From NCBI GenBank assembly GCA_964106645.2, contig OZ067038.1: a DNA stretch of 64,000 nt; one strand, given 5' to 3'. Source of the DNA: Podarcis pityusensis (Eukaryota). The translations under genes and the position numbers were made by a program. The notes under the pieces were generated by a model. It saw only the letters and a program-made list of their open reading frames with translations, did no database searches and had not been told where the DNA came from. Positions within the stretch are counted from its first letter, which is position 1. The number at the start of each line of letters is the position of its first letter. Shown here piece by piece: positions 1 to 12,961 of the stretch.

Positions 1-1372
1 TAAAAAGGAGTTGCTTTTTGACTGGGATAATAAGAACTTAACTAAACATTACAGGGAATGCATTGTGGCAGACCAATATCTGCCCCCTTCATCTCCTTGA
101 TGATGTCACTGTGATTAATATTTCCCCACTCCACTTAACTGGCAGCTACAGAGGATGGGGAAATAAATGCTTGACAGCATGGTGTCATTTCACATGTTGA
201 TCTGACATGTTTATTTGACATTACTGGTGACATGCATATGGCAGGGCAGGGCAAGTCATGTAAGCTGGCAGCAGCTATGTGCCCTGTTAACATCTGATTA
301 GGCCCTGAAAGTGGTAAATATATCAGAAGAGCAAAATTCTCTCTATATTTGAATACTGAATATTCAACATATTGATTGAATTTCCCCAAATGATTTGAAG
401 CATATAATTTACACATGTTGAGGAAATAGCAGGAGAGTCCACAAAGATCTCAAAATGCATTTGCTATCCCTGATCCTAAACCTTTTTTTTTTTTCATGAC
501 TTAAGTCCAATGGGACTTCTTAACAAGTATGCTTAAGGCTGCACAATAAGCAAATGGTTAAGGAAGAATTCTTGCTGTCGTTCCTCTTCCATTAGAGGGT
601 GGCAAGCTGGTAGAGAGGAGGAAGATCCACAAAGAGGCAGGGCCACATGGCAGCACTTTTCTGGGGCGGTGGCACGGTGACATCGTAACAACCACCACAG
701 AGAAGCCATACTGCATATCAGCTTGTACAGATGGTAACCCAACGTGGATCCTGATTAAAGTATGTGCTTGCTGTCTGCATGCAGGTTAAAACTGTCCTTC
801 TTCGACAGTGCTGTCCTTCTTCGAAGCTCCTTCTCTCATGCAGCAAGAGGAGGTGTTGAAAAGTCACAGAGAACTCTTGTCTTTTAAAACACCTATTATG
901 ATGTTTAAGTGGGAATAGACAGGGCCAGAAGGCAGGCTTGAATCAGTGCTTGGAAGGAATGAACTAATTCAGAATAACTAATTCACTGAATTTTTAAAAA
1001 ATCTCTGAATTACATCTGAAAGAAGCTGTTATAATTTCTGGGTGAACACGAATTAAGTTCCTTTTGCTGTGGAACTCTGGGCAATTTCTAATTCAATGAA
1101 ATTTCAATTCTTATGGGGTTTCATCACCCCTAACTCTGTTTGTTTGTGGCCAATGCAGTGACCATTTTCACCTATTTGAAAAGTGATGCTCCTATTTAAG
1201 CTTAAAGAACACAATTGTTGGGGGTAATAAGTAAAGCAATTGTTGACATTACACAGTATGCGCTTTCTTAGACTTTTTGAGTATGTTTTACATTTTAGCA
1301 GAGCAGTTTGTAAAACTCTGAAGGCTGGGGGGAAATGCCAAGGATGAAATGAACAAAATATGAATTGAAGGG

Positions 1373-1452
1373 ATCATAGAATCATATCATCATGGAGTTG
1401 CAAGGGACCTCAAGGGTCATCTATTCCAACCCCCTGAAATGCAGGAATCTCA
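1373..1452 (-). mobile_element. CR1 LINE extreme 3' end
   Basis: atcatagaatcat...gagttgcaagggacc...gggtcatctattccaaccccctg is the reverse complement of a CR1 tail. Confidence 0.7.
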
Positions 1453-3326
1453 ACTTGAACTGTACTTGATTCCTTTTGGGAGGGGTGCAGTGCAACTAAT
1501 TCCTTTTTAAAATGAACTTTCCAAGTACTGGCTAGGATTAATTTATTCACAGAGCACTACTGAAAACACCTTCCTGATGGGCCGGCTATACTATCAGGCA
1601 GGGTGGAGTCATCGCCTGAGGCAGTAGAACCCCTGAGCCCCTCAGCCATTGTTCACTGTAGGTGATCAGAGCTAAATTTGCCGCAGGCCTGTCAATATAC
1701 CTCCTGAACTAGCCTGCTGCCCTGAGGTGCACTGAAGGATGCTATCGCATCGACAGCATTGAAGTAAGGTTCAACTGCCAATCTAGTCAGCATCAGTACA
1801 TAGAATGGTAGAGACGCCATCTTATGTTCTGTCTCAGACAGGGAAAAGTTTGGGGCTGGCCCTGCCTTTCCCAGCATCAAAGTCTGCATACCCATGAAAC
1901 GTTTTTGTATTGTTTGTTGTTGTTTTTTAAGCAAAAGGGTCTTCCCATCTAACTGCTGATGTTCTGCCATGTCACTCTGAAGATGGCAGCTCGGCCCAGC
2001 CAGTGAACTGCGCCCTTCAACCCAACAAGATTAGGTGAACAGAGAATCCAGTAAGATGCCATCTGGGCAGTTTTGGCACTAGGTGGCATTGGATTTAGTT
2101 GTGGCTGGGCGAAGTCTGCAGTTGCTGCTCTGGTCTTGTTGGAGAGAGACAGGAAAGCTCTTGTCTAGCTCACTGGGCTCTCTCTCCTCTAAGCCAGTGA
2201 TTCGTAAACAGCCTCCTCACTTGCCTGCTCCATCCCTCCTAGCAATAGCCTTTTAGTTGGACCCAGTGCCAGCATTAGCAACTGCTTGCATGCTGAGTAA
2301 AGGTGGCCAGGAGTCAGAGAAGGAGGTGCGGGGAGAAGGTCTCCCTCCACCAAGGTGAAAGGGTCAGAGGAGGTGTTGAAGAAAATTTAAAAGGGATATA
2401 CAAGGCAATCCTTGTTATATAAACCGGGAATAAAAAGGGAATGCATAGGAGAGAGAAACTGTTCTGGGAATGAGAAGTGGCTGTAAAAGGACCAGGGAGA
2501 ATGGGTGACAGAAACTGGAAATTGTGGGATATGGTACTAGTGTGAAAGGAGAATGGGAGAAGAAATTACAGGAGATTTTTAAAAAAAAAAAACCACACAC
2601 ACACACATTGAGAGGTATGTGGGGATGGGGAGAGAAAAATATAAAAGAAAAAGCCTTCTTAATGGATCAGAGAGGCTGTCACAAATAGCTCCAGAGCAAA
2701 GGTCTGTACTTGAGGAAAGCTTAGGTACGGAACCCTTGCCATTAGGAAAATGCTGGAGCAAAGAATTTAGGAATGTCCAAAGATGGATTAGATATTAGTA
2801 GGAAATGATGTCAGTAATTGCCAGCTGATTATGCCATTTGCCACCTGATCCTCCATTTGCCACCATTTTGTGACTGTTGGGGCTCAGTAATATGAGCCCT
2901 GAGAGCAGAAAAGGTGAGAACCTCTTGCTGTAGGTCTTCTATGACATGAAACCACGGTTCTGGGCGGGCTCCTTAATGCTAGCTGGAAGGCCTGCACAGG
3001 TCTAATGAACTTTTAGCCTGTCAATGGACTTTTAAAAAATACTTCCATTGTCCAGAGACAAAGATTGCTTTTTTATGCTTCCTAAGTCTTAGGGTCACTC
3101 CTTCAAAAAGAATGATTTCACTATCTAATACTGAAGTTATTTTGGTTGCCTCAGGAGATGGAAAATAGGTGGCAAATATACAGACATTCACTGGGATTTT
3201 TTATGTAATCACAATTCCAACCATACCACAACAACCATCTCACTTTGGTTTGGTTTTTCAAGGTTTATGTATGTGAAATACTTGCTAATCTTTTACAAAG
3301 CTTTGGAGGTGACATTTTGTCATGTG

Positions 3327-3395
3327 ATGCTTGATTCTGCCATGGACCAAATGCTTGATTCTGCCATAGACCAAATGCTTGATTCTGCCATAGAC
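3327..3395 (+). repeat. 24-bp tandem repeat x2.9 (ATGCTTGATTCTGCCATRGACCAA)
   Basis: Units at 3327-3350, 3351-3374 and 3375-3395; one substitution. Confidence 0.95.
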
Positions 3396-4123
3396 AGAAA
3401 GAGATTTCTTTTATATAAAAAAAAACTTAGGGTTGAAGGCACATTTTATCTTTTATGTAAAAGAAAGAACTAGTTGTGAGACTTGGAAACATTTTATATG
3501 ACTGTGTGTTTTCACTTTATTTCAGTTATTGAAAATCTGAAATTACTGTTGTTTTTTCAGCATGAACTGCAACAACTAAGTTTAATAGGCTATACCGTTC
3601 TGCAGTCTTACATTCCCAAAGCCCTTTTACATGTTCCATGTTGTTGGAAGAGAGGACTATGAGTTGATGTTGCCGTCACTTAGTGTGGACAGGCACTACA
3701 TTATCTAAGATAATGTAGCCACCCTTTGGTACAACAATCAGGGCTGTTAAATTGTAATTTAGACAGCTGCAGTGGAAATTATACCTGCCTATCACCTGGT
3801 GATTGATTCTATGCTCCAGGCCCCAACCCCTGAAATCTCGCACCACTTGGAGATTGAGGTGGCATGTAACAATATCCTAAAAAAAATACCCTCAGATAAG
3901 GCCAAACCCCAAATAAGACCAATGTGGCTCTCAGACCTGAACCCCTGAACCTATTTACAGAAGGTGCTTGTAATTTTCAATCTTTCGGACTGGGGCATAA
4001 GGAACGAGGGCAGGGTGTCCCTCTCTCTAAGGCTGCCACCCACAGTAGCTTATACTGTATAACATTTGACAGAACTGCTGCATATCTTCTTTTGAGTAGT
4101 TCAATGTTCATAATTTCAAATTA

Positions 4124-4357
4124 CAGTGGTACCTCTGGTTAAGAACTTAATATGTTCCGGAGGTCCGTTCTTAACCTGAAACTGTTCTTAACCTGAGGTA
4201 CCACTTTAGCTAATGGGGCCTCCCACTGCTGCTGCCGCGCGATTTCTGTTCTCATCCTGAGGTAAAGTTCTTAACCTGAGGTACTACTTCCATGTTAGCA
4301 GAGTCTGTAACCTGAAGCATCTGTAACCCGAAGCATTTGTAACCTGAGGTACCACTG
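4124..4357. mobile_element. Tc1/mariner (pogo/Tigger-type) MITE
   Basis: TA|CAGTGGTACCTC ... GAGGTACCACTG|TA, with internal TAACCTGA repeats. Confidence 0.9.
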
Positions 4358-4414
4358 TATGACTCAGGAAAACTACACACGTTACACAACAGTGTGTAAA
4401 GAAGCCCTGCTCAG

Positions 4415-4452
4415 TGTTTGTTTGTTTGTTTGTTTGTTTGTTTGTTTGTTTT
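4415..4452 (+). repeat. (GTTT)n microsatellite
   Basis: Read directly. Confidence 0.95.
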
Positions 4453-5761
4453 AATGAAAAGTTGCCTCAGGAGGCTGTGATTTTGAAGGGAGTAGCAAAG
4501 GTGGTGTTATGCTTCACTCTTCCCTTGCTGGCTAATTTTCTGTTGCAACATTGCTCCTTCCAAAGCTGCTTTCTCCCTATTCCCCGAGGGAAGAAAAATC
4601 CCATTTTGATGTCTGGAAACCAAGGGTAGGGCATCCTGTTTCGCTGTTTGAGAAGAAATGGGGAATGCCACCTCTGCCTGCGCCCCACTGCCCCTGCCCA
4701 AGCATCTCTTACCTAGGTTGTGCAGTGGCAGTGTGAAGCAGCAGCAGCAACAGTAGGTTCCAGCAAGACCTCTCAAGATCTTGCTAAAATCTCGCAAGAT
4801 CTTGCCAGAAATCAGCCACTTCTTCACCTGTAATGGAGGCAGCAGGGCAGGTGTAGAAGTCACTACCTTGAACCCTTCCACCGCCTGAAGTAGCTTCTTC
4901 TCTTTGCCTAATGGTAGCCTTGCTGGAAACCTGTGAGGGCAGGTGATTTTGTACACACACACACTGCTTAGCACCCGTTTTTCCAACTTGAAATTTAAGC
5001 CTTCCAAGAGTGCTTTTCATTTCATTTTAGTCAGAAATTAATTAAACCCATGTTCATATAGCGGGTAGTTTGCACCTGAGGGTTCATGTATTTCTGTGTA
5101 ATTCTGCATGGAGACCCAAATAAGACATCTTTGGGTGACAAGATGTAAAACAGACTTTTCAGCATAAAGGGCATTGTGTCTTTGGAGTTTTTGACATGTT
5201 TGCTTAAGTTATGCACAGATTTTGTGTGAAGGGGGGGGGGACCACACACATTCTAGACAGTGTCAGATTTCTCTAACATGAAATTTACCAGAAGTAAAAT
5301 ACTAAATTTATCCCCAGGAATTTAGCCCAAGGATTTCAGCACAACACAAACTTTACATATACAATCATTTATGCCTTTGCTCTCTAGAATGAGAAAGAGA
5401 GCATCTGAAATGGTTTGATTTTCATTTTTGATTTTTAAAATGTAAATTGGCATCTCCTCAAAATGAAAACGTTTTCATTTTTAGTTGCACTACGCTAACA
5501 ATACATTATAACGGGGGGGGGGGAAGAATTCTGAACACTTCAAAACAAAACTGAAGAGGGTGGGAGGGAGGGAGGCAAGGAAGTCCAAATTTATAACATA
5601 TTTTTTGAACATAAAGGACATTTTTAGGCAAAACACTTAATGGGTTTCAAAATGGATTACACACTTTTGAAAGATGAAAAAACATCACCTCTGTTGTCAT
5701 TATAAACCAAGAGAGTATCTGATGGCTTCAACTCCGCAGCATTGCCTGAAATCTCCATTAG

Positions 5762-5851
5762 GGCTGCAATCCTACACCCACTTACCTGGGAGTAAGCTCC
5801 ACTGAACTCAATGGAATTTACTTCCGAGTAGACAAGACTAGGATTGCGCTG
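5762..5851. repeat. ~90-bp dispersed palindromic (MITE-like) repeat family GGCTGCAATCCT...AGGATTGCAGCC
   Basis: Recognisable copies at about 5762-5851, 8238-8327, 11178-11266, 26270-26345, 28570-28640 and 62407-62500. The last copy is flanked by TAA on both sides. Confidence 0.7.
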
Positions 5852-6048
5852 CAAATCACTCTAGTCCGGGAGTTTTCTGATGGCTCTGCAAACTTTTCCT
5901 TCAATAGCTGATGCCCCTTTCCAGGATGTTACTATCTCTTTCTCACACTGGGCATGCCAACTCTCTTTCCACTCTTTCCTTCCTCGCTCTTCCACCTCAC
6001 TCCCCATCTTCCCAGGGGGGCTTGTCCAGTCCCATGTGCGATACTCAC

Positions 6049-6168
6049 GGATGCTCCTCCCAAGAAGGGGATCTCTCCAGACACAAAGTATGAGGTATAT
6101 ACACTGGTCAAGGTGCTGAGAATGATCCCAAAGCTAATGTGTATGAAGCCAGTCATGATCTGGATGGT
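6049..6168 (-). CDS. MS4A-like gene A, exon 3 (TM1 and start of TM2): TIQIMTGFIHISFGIILSTLTSVYTSYFVSGEIPFLGGAS
   Basis: 120-nt phase 0-0 exon bounded by ttcccacag| and |gtgagt. IQIMxGxxHIxFG...PFLGG is the CD20/MS4A family signature. Downstream exons were not found in 1-6048 and are presumed to lie outside the window. Confidence 0.9.
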
Positions 6169-8044
6169 CTGTGGGAACAATCAGGGGAATAATACTCGGC
6201 ACTTGATGGACTAAATTAACATTCACACACACACACCCCTTAATGATTACACCAACTTCGAAGGACTGACGCCAGAGAATCTTCTGAGTTGATCTTTTTA
6301 ATGGTAAGATCACTATTCCTTACGTTCTAGGGCATCTTTCTGCTGAGAAAGTGCTTCACAGTTTTCATCTATTTCATTTGACTTTGTGTATCAGGAGATC
6401 TTTATGTTCTAAGGACTTCCCGACTGTTCACCAGTATAGTTAATGTCATCTGGTAACTAAATGGAAGCTGACATTTACAAAATCTGCTCTAATTAACACT
6501 TCCGTATTGTTCAGATGTTGGCAGAGGAGGAGGACATCCCACTAAAATCTACTCCAAGCCAGGCTGAGCTGATCCAGGTGCACCCATGAGCAAGTAAGAG
6601 AAAGTGAGATTTGGAGGAGGGGGTTCGTGACCACAGCAAATCCTGCTGGATGATTGTTTGGATTGTTCCTAGGACTCCCAGCAGGCAATGAATCCTGGTC
6701 TTTTGGTTAACTCAGAATCAGCCAGATTATGGGAGATAACAGAGGATGTATGCAGAATGTATTCAAATAAGCTGGATTCAGGTCACCAGCCATTTATGAT
6801 AGGGCCACATCTATCTATCTATCTGCAAACATCCTGGTTTTACCACCTGCCTGGCACAGCAAAAATGGGAGGTGGCTGAAATTTATGACTGATGGGCTGT
6901 GTTTAGCTGGGTCATAAATTACACAAGGCTATTCTAAACGAGGCATTGGAGAATATCAACTGAAATGTGTTCTTTTGCCCTGGCCTGTACACAGGGGACC
7001 ATGTTTATCTGGTCTGCCACTGCTCTGGATTTTGTGAGGCATGTGCAAAAGGACTCTGTTAAATCCAGTTTTCAACTCAAATTGCTGTTGGTTGTACAAA
7101 TATTTACCGTTTGGGTAAGAATAAACTGCCACCATGTTACAGCCAAAGAAACTGCAGCAATATTGTAACATAAGCCTCTTGCATTTTGGTCAGCTGGGTA
7201 GACACTGACCAGGGATCATAATATGTGGAAGATGCTTCAATTTGGAGCCTGTTTAAAGGCAGAAGAAGCAAAAAGGATTCTTAAGGACCACCAAGCTTGT
7301 GCCTGTCTGCCTTCTGGGATCTAGTCTGTTTTAGGACCATTCTTCTGTCCTGGCATTGGCTGACAAGCAGCTGAAGGAAAAGAGCCAGGAAAACTTAGAC
7401 AGGTGCAAGGAGGTAAAGAAGGTAGCAGCCGTCAGAAGATAATTGACAACATTACACATTGGGGCTGAGTTAGTCAAAGTGGTTCCCTCTAGATGTCGAT
7501 GGATTACAATTGCCATCAGCCCTAGCCAGCTGTGACCAATGATCAGGGGTGATAGGAATCGTAGTCCACAATATATGGAGGGAACCACTTTGGCTACCTT
7601 TGGGAAAGGTGCACATGAGAATAGTGTTTCTAGGGGTGGAGGGACAATATTTCTTCTGCTAGATATCCTCACAGTAACAAGTAAGAAACAACAACACCGT
7701 GAGCATAAGCAAAGGCGCCACTAGGTGACAAGTCTGACACCTTCAGAGTCGCTAAATCACTTTTTCAAAGTTAAAGGACACTGTTGAACTATACTGATTT
7801 ATCTGGTGAAAATGGCAGGTGTCTGTGAAATTACAGGCCAGGCCACATCTTCACTGCTGGTGAATCAGGTCCCACTTGGTAGAGCATCAGTTTCACTGGC
7901 TCAAAACCAAGTAGAATTTGCCATCCACAGGAGATTACCACTTGCATCTACTCCACACACAGTAGAATGGACTGGGACAACCCCTGATCAAGGTTTCTGA
8001 ATTTGCTTTACAAATAACCTGATATTTACTAGCCACTTTTTAAA

Positions 8045-8075
<31 letters not shown>
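8045..8075 (+). repeat. (TGTC)n microsatellite
   Basis: Read directly. Confidence 0.95.
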
Positions 8076-8076
<1 letters not shown>

Positions 8077-10267
8077 AGCTGGGGGGAATTGTGTGCCTCT
8101 CATTTTTATCTGAACATAATCTTCATCTCAGTGCATTTGTGCTTCCATGCAATTGTGCAGATTGTGCGGCTCGGTAAGAGAGAACAAGGCACACCGTATG
8201 AATTACATTTGTGCCAACAGATGGGCAGGAAGAGTAGGGCTGCAATCGCATGCCCACTTTCCTGGGAATAAGCCCCATTGAATGCAGTGGGACTTACTTC
8301 TTAGCAGGCATGTGTAGGATTGCACTGTAAATGTGGTTCTTTTCAGCATGGTGCAGCCTAGCACAGCAGTGTGCTGACATCAGTTCCTCTGACAAGAGGC
8401 TATTTTTGTGGTGACCCAAAGCACTCTTCTAGCATATCTGTTGCCTCACAAGCCCACACGCTCTGGTTGGGAGCTGGGCTGTGTTCATAAAGGGAGTCGG
8501 TGTTGCTGGTCTGGGAAATCCCAGCACAGCGGCATACCTATTTTTAGAAGGTAGGGAAAAGTCTGTTTCCATGCTTTCATAATTCACTGTAGCACTAATG
8601 CATCAAATCAGACATGAGATTTCCCTTTGTAAATGTGCTGGACTCTCATTTATTCTAAACCTGTGCAGGACCAGTACACGTGAGTGTGTAGTAGACACAG
8701 CAGTTACTTTCTATGCAGATTCCAACGGATATGGCCGTGTGCTTAAGCTATTGTCTTAAAGGCAGCCCCATGCATTTTGTCTTCTTACAACTGCAGAATA
8801 AGAAACCTTTTCATGTGCATAAAGAGAGTGGCATGGAATCTGGGCTGTATAAAGACATTGTACTGAGCAGGTCCACTCAGTAATGTGGCCCTAGAGCCTT
8901 CTCTTTCCCCAAAGTGTTGCCCTATGTCTTGCTATCCTCCATAAGTCTGTAAAGAGGCAGGAAAGGAAAGAGGGGAGAAGGCTGCTGGGGGGAGGGTGTA
9001 CTGCTGCTCCTTATTATCTGCAAACCATTGCAAGAGTGTTCTGACTCTGCCTTTAACATTCAGAACAAGGCAAGGCTGAAAAACTCACTCTGCCTCTAGG
9101 ATCAGTGCCAAGGCTTGTTTTGAGTCACCACTCACCAAGACTCAGCCATGGAACCCATTTTAAAAGCTAGTTCTGAGCTCTGGCAGGAGTATGTGGATTA
9201 ATAGTGAGGAGAAGGCCTCTGGGCATGTGCAAAGTATTCACACCTACACACACACACACCATATCTGGAATTAGTGTTCAGGGCCCCAGGTCAGGTTTGT
9301 AAACGGTCCAATTTCCCCCACCAGACTGATGCAAGGATAGACACCTGTGCCTCCACTTCCCCGATGTTGATGGACTCCAGCTGCCAATGGTCAGGGATGA
9401 AAGGAGCTGTTGTCTAGCAAGATCTGTAGAACCACAGGTTCCCCACCCATGGTCGATCTAGTCCAGTATTCTGTTTGCAATTGCAGTCAGCCCATTGTAT
9501 CTCGAAAACGCAGAAGCAGGGCATAAAAGCAATGGCCCTCCCTTGTCTGTCCCCAACACCGGGCATTACGGGGTATACTGCCTTTGAACATGAAGGCTCC
9601 ATTTAGTTGTTGTAGCTAACAGTGATGGACACAGCAATTTTCTCTCGCAAATAGTGGTGCTAGGATTTGATCATGTTCCACTGCCTATTTCTGCCTTTTG
9701 TGCTGTGTTGCTAGAGCGATGCTGCTCACTTCCTTCATGTACCGAGGCACGAATGCTCATCTGTCCCCTCGCCTAAAATTGATGCTGAAGTCTGCAACCT
9801 CGTAGCACACACCAGGGCACCGGGCATTTTAGAGGTAGCGACCAGCAGGATCTTTCCCCACTCTCCTTTCTGGCTGCAGATTTAGTTACTGCTCCTTGGG
9901 AATATTCAGCATATGAATACACACACATACACAAAACCACGTCCTGAGAACGAGCTGCTCTCAAAAAGCTATTCCCTTTCATCTGAGAGGCATAATAAAT
10001 TCCCAGGTTAGTTTAAGGGACCATAATGATTAGCCGTTCTGATGTTTCTCCACCCCCCCCCCCCCGTCCTGCTTCTCTCTCTTTCTCTCACACATGCTTA
10101 ATTCAGAAACAGGAGAGATCTAGAATACCACTGCCCCCTAAGTTAGGAGATCGGCTGCCATTTCAGGGGAATCCACCCCAGTCCTCTCCATCCTCCTCCT
10201 CCTCCTCCCCCAATATCCCAGCTCACCGCCCTCCCCAAAGTGCCTCCCCCACCGTTCTGTCACTCAC

Positions 10268-10492
10268 CCCCAGCACTCGATTCTTCCCTTTGGGAATGGT
10301 TTCCACTGTGTACATCACAGTCCTTCTCCCCAGCCGGAAGGTCCCCATTCCCTGCATGGGAACTAGCTGGCGCGTTTGCTCCCAAGCCTACTCGGTCCCT
10401 AGCAACTGAACACTCAGCTGCATCAGCTCCACGCAGGCTGAGCATGGATGGCAGCTCGCTTGGCCCGGTTGCGCTCAGCTCCAGCACTCTCT
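10268..10492 (-). CDS. MS4A-like gene A, exon 2 (cytoplasmic N-terminus ending ...MQGMGTFRLGRRTVMYTVETIPKGKNRVLG)
   Basis: Acceptor ctttctcgtttccctcgaag|, donor GGG|gtgagt. It ends in KGKNRVLG at phase 0, matching the typical MS4A pre-TM1 'KGEPKVLG' exon end. The MS4A frame is open only downstream of a TAG at 10388-10390; its first in-frame ATG is at 10357. Confidence 0.8.
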
Positions 10493-10909
10493 CTTCGAGG
10501 GAAACGAGAAAGAGTGGTCTTATTGGCTTCTGTCAGTGGTGATGTCACACACAGTCGGATATGCTGCAGAAAAGACAGAACGGGGTGGTGGTGGGGGGAT
10601 TCATTCCCTCTTCCTGCTGCTGCTGCTGCTCATAGGTAAATCCTGCTTCTGCCAGAATTGCTTCCTCAGCAAGCACAAAGGCAAAACCAGGGGTGGGTGG
10701 GTGTTTTGCATGATACTACCAAATTCCAGGGGAAATACATGCTTAGTCTGGAGAGGCAACACTGACGAAAATCCCTGTGACGGGAGTTTGCTGCAAACAG
10801 AGATGGAAAACTGGGAACATGAGGTACCAAGGAAGTGGTCACCAAAGGAAAAGATTCTTGGATCTTCTCCATGGCAAATGCAAAATCTACCTTGAAATAT
10901 CATTCTTGT

Positions 10910-11150
10910 TTTATTCATTTGCCACATTACATTTATATAATGCTTATACATTTGTATCTTTTCCTCCCAGAAACTTAAGGCAATGTACATTGTCTTCCTC
11001 GCCCCAGTTTTATCCTCACAAAACTCTTGTGTGGTCAGTTAAGCTGTGAGGTGGCGACTGGTCCAAATTCATCCAGTGAGCTTCATGGCTGTTGAGTGTT
11101 TTGAGCCTAGATCTCTGTAATCCTTGCCTTGCAACACTAGACCGCCCTGG
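10910..11150 (-). mobile_element. old MIR/CORE-type SINE
   Basis: ttttatcctcacaa..ctgtgaggtg..gactggtccaa..catccagtgagcttcatggctg; similar decayed copies at about 31070-31220 and 52620-52780. Confidence 0.6.
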
Positions 11151-12000
11151 TGCATCTCACCTAAATATGAGATAGATGGCGCAATCTTATAAATGCCTAC
11201 CCAAAAGTAAGTCCTGCTGATTTCAGTGGGACTTGGTTCCAAGTAAGTGTGCTTAGGATTACAGCCTGAGTTGTCTCTTTCAAAGTCATTGTAGCTTCCG
11301 ACTCGGTCCTGCCCCAAAGACAAGTTTGTGTCTTTGTTTGTGCTGCCAAAAGAGATCTGCAGAGCATCTCATTTCTGCTTGTGGCATCCTGTAGCCTGGA
11401 TTCCATTTGCTGAGGTCGTGTGGATCTAATCAGCCTTTGGGTGCTGCAGGGAGTTCCAAGAACTATATTTCATTCTAAAGCCAACCAGGGATCCCCCTTT
11501 CCCCCTGGCAATGTGCCAGAGGTATTAACTTGTGGTAAGCAGATACAACCCCTCCACCTGATTAGGACAGGTTAAGGCATTAATTTGGAAAGAATCAAGT
11601 GAACATTCAAAGTTAATCAATTTTAATTTCAGATTGTTTATTTCCAAACTAAAGCCCTGCTGTACTACCAGTGCTGCCTAGCAGCAGCTCCTCCACCAAA
11701 CTAGGGTGCAAGCCCTTCCTACTACTGCCATTCTCATAATCTTTCAAGTTGAGGGGCCAGTGGGGAGGCCTGACAGCAACTATAAGGCACTTTGCATCAG
11801 CTTAGACTATGGAGGTGCCTGGGTCCAGTACAAAATGGATCTGGAATATGTACCGCTAAGATTCAGTGTCTAACACACCCTCCAGATTATGGACTCCACA
11901 TGCTGGATTCTTGTGTGTGGACTGAAACAAACAAAATATAACTACACAAAGATAACAGAATAAACAACACACAGAATCTGAGATAAGGCAACACTGCAAT

Positions 12001-12325
12001 NNNNNNNNNNNNNNNNNNNNNNNNNNNNNNNNNNNNNNNNNNNNNNNNNNNNNNNNNNNNNNNNNNNNNNNNNNNNNNNNNNNNNNNNNNNNNNNNNNNN
12101 NNNNNNNNNNNNNNNNNNNNNNNNNNNNNNNNNNNNNNNNNNNNNNNNNNNNNNNNNNNNNNNNNNNNNNNNNNNNNNNNNNNNNNNNNNNNNNNNNNNN
12201 NNNNNNNNNNNNNNNNNNNNNNNNNNNNNNNNNNNNNNNNNNNNNNNNNNNNNNNNNNNNNNNNNNNNNNNNNNNNNNNNNNNNNNNNNNNNNNNNNNNN
12301 NNNNNNNNNNNNNNNNNNNNNNNNN
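12001..12325. other. assembly gap (325 N), inside intron 1 of MS4A-like gene A
   Basis: Run of N. Confidence 1.
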
Positions 12326-12863
12326 GCTTAGGTACTAATCCAAATCCATGTCATGCTTAAGTGCTACAAAGGTGATCTGCGATACTCTTGAAGCCAATAT
12401 TGCCATAGCAACCTCAAAAATAATTGGAATCTCCCCCCCCCCCAAAAAAGCAGCAGAGCTCAAGAAGACTGGATAGCTAAGATTGCAGAGGAGCAAGGGC
12501 TGTGAAATCACTTAGGCACACTTCCCCAAGGGTAAACGTAAGCTTGAATTAGAGCCCTCATGCTGAGAGGATTGTTTTAAGATCTATCCAAATAGTCTGG
12601 CCAATCAACGTGCCATGATTAACGTATGCCAGTTTCGGAAGCAAAGCAGCTAGCAATCAATACATACATATTACAGTATGACCATAAACCACCTACTGCA
12701 TACAATAAAATGTCACAACTGATAACATCCTTAAAGGCCATAAAACAGAATCAATCATATCTACTTAGAAACTTCACCCACTACTGCTTCCACTGCAGAA
12801 AGACCTTCCTAAGTGGAAAGTTCCCTGAAGGTCAAGGAGGCCGAGTTTGCTGAAAGTACTTAC

Positions 12864-12888
12864 CTGTTTCATAGGATGCGAGGTCCAT
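12864..12888 (-). CDS. MS4A-like gene A, putative exon 1 coding part (MDLASYET + 1 nt); exon probably starts near 12931
   Basis: ATG GAC CTC GCA TCC TAT GAA ACA G|gtaagt downstream of the TATA box. Splices in phase 1 to the acceptor at 10492, giving a frame open across all of exon 2. Confidence 0.55.
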
Positions 12889-12953
12889 GTCCACGCAAAC
12901 AAGGGAAAGAGTGCTAGGTAGTCTTGTGCAGGATACTCAGCAGGGCTGGTTCA

Positions 12954-12961
12954 TTTATATA
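12954..12961 (-). promoter_or_regulatory. TATA box (TATATAAA) of the minus-strand MS4A-like gene A
   Basis: Plus-strand tttatata reads TATATAAA on the minus strand. It lies about 70 nt upstream of a strong-Kozak ATG (GACATGG, 12888) and about 95 nt upstream of a perfect donor CAG|GTAAGT (12864/12863). Confidence 0.65.

Noticed and set aside
2057-2090. CTCF-like motifs (also near 7717 and 31405) and a YY1-like AAAATGGCGGC at about 46518
   Set aside because: Short motif matches are expected by chance in 64 kb and have no supporting context.
3327-3395. 24-bp repeats as a CRISPR-like array or coding repeat (MLDSAIDQ x3)
   Set aside because: Head-to-tail units with no spacers, in a vertebrate intron, with no splice signals; an ordinary minisatellite.
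4507-5007. 166-aa minus-strand ORF with a poly-Cys run
   Set aside because: Non-ATG start, Cys run derived from a short CAG repeat, and no recognisable family.
5690-5757. Minus-strand MEISGNAAELKPSDTLLV, faintly like the missing MS4A TM2 exon (IISG..AAEK)
   Set aside because: No hydrophobic core and no convincing phase-0 acceptor/donor pair; treated as chance.
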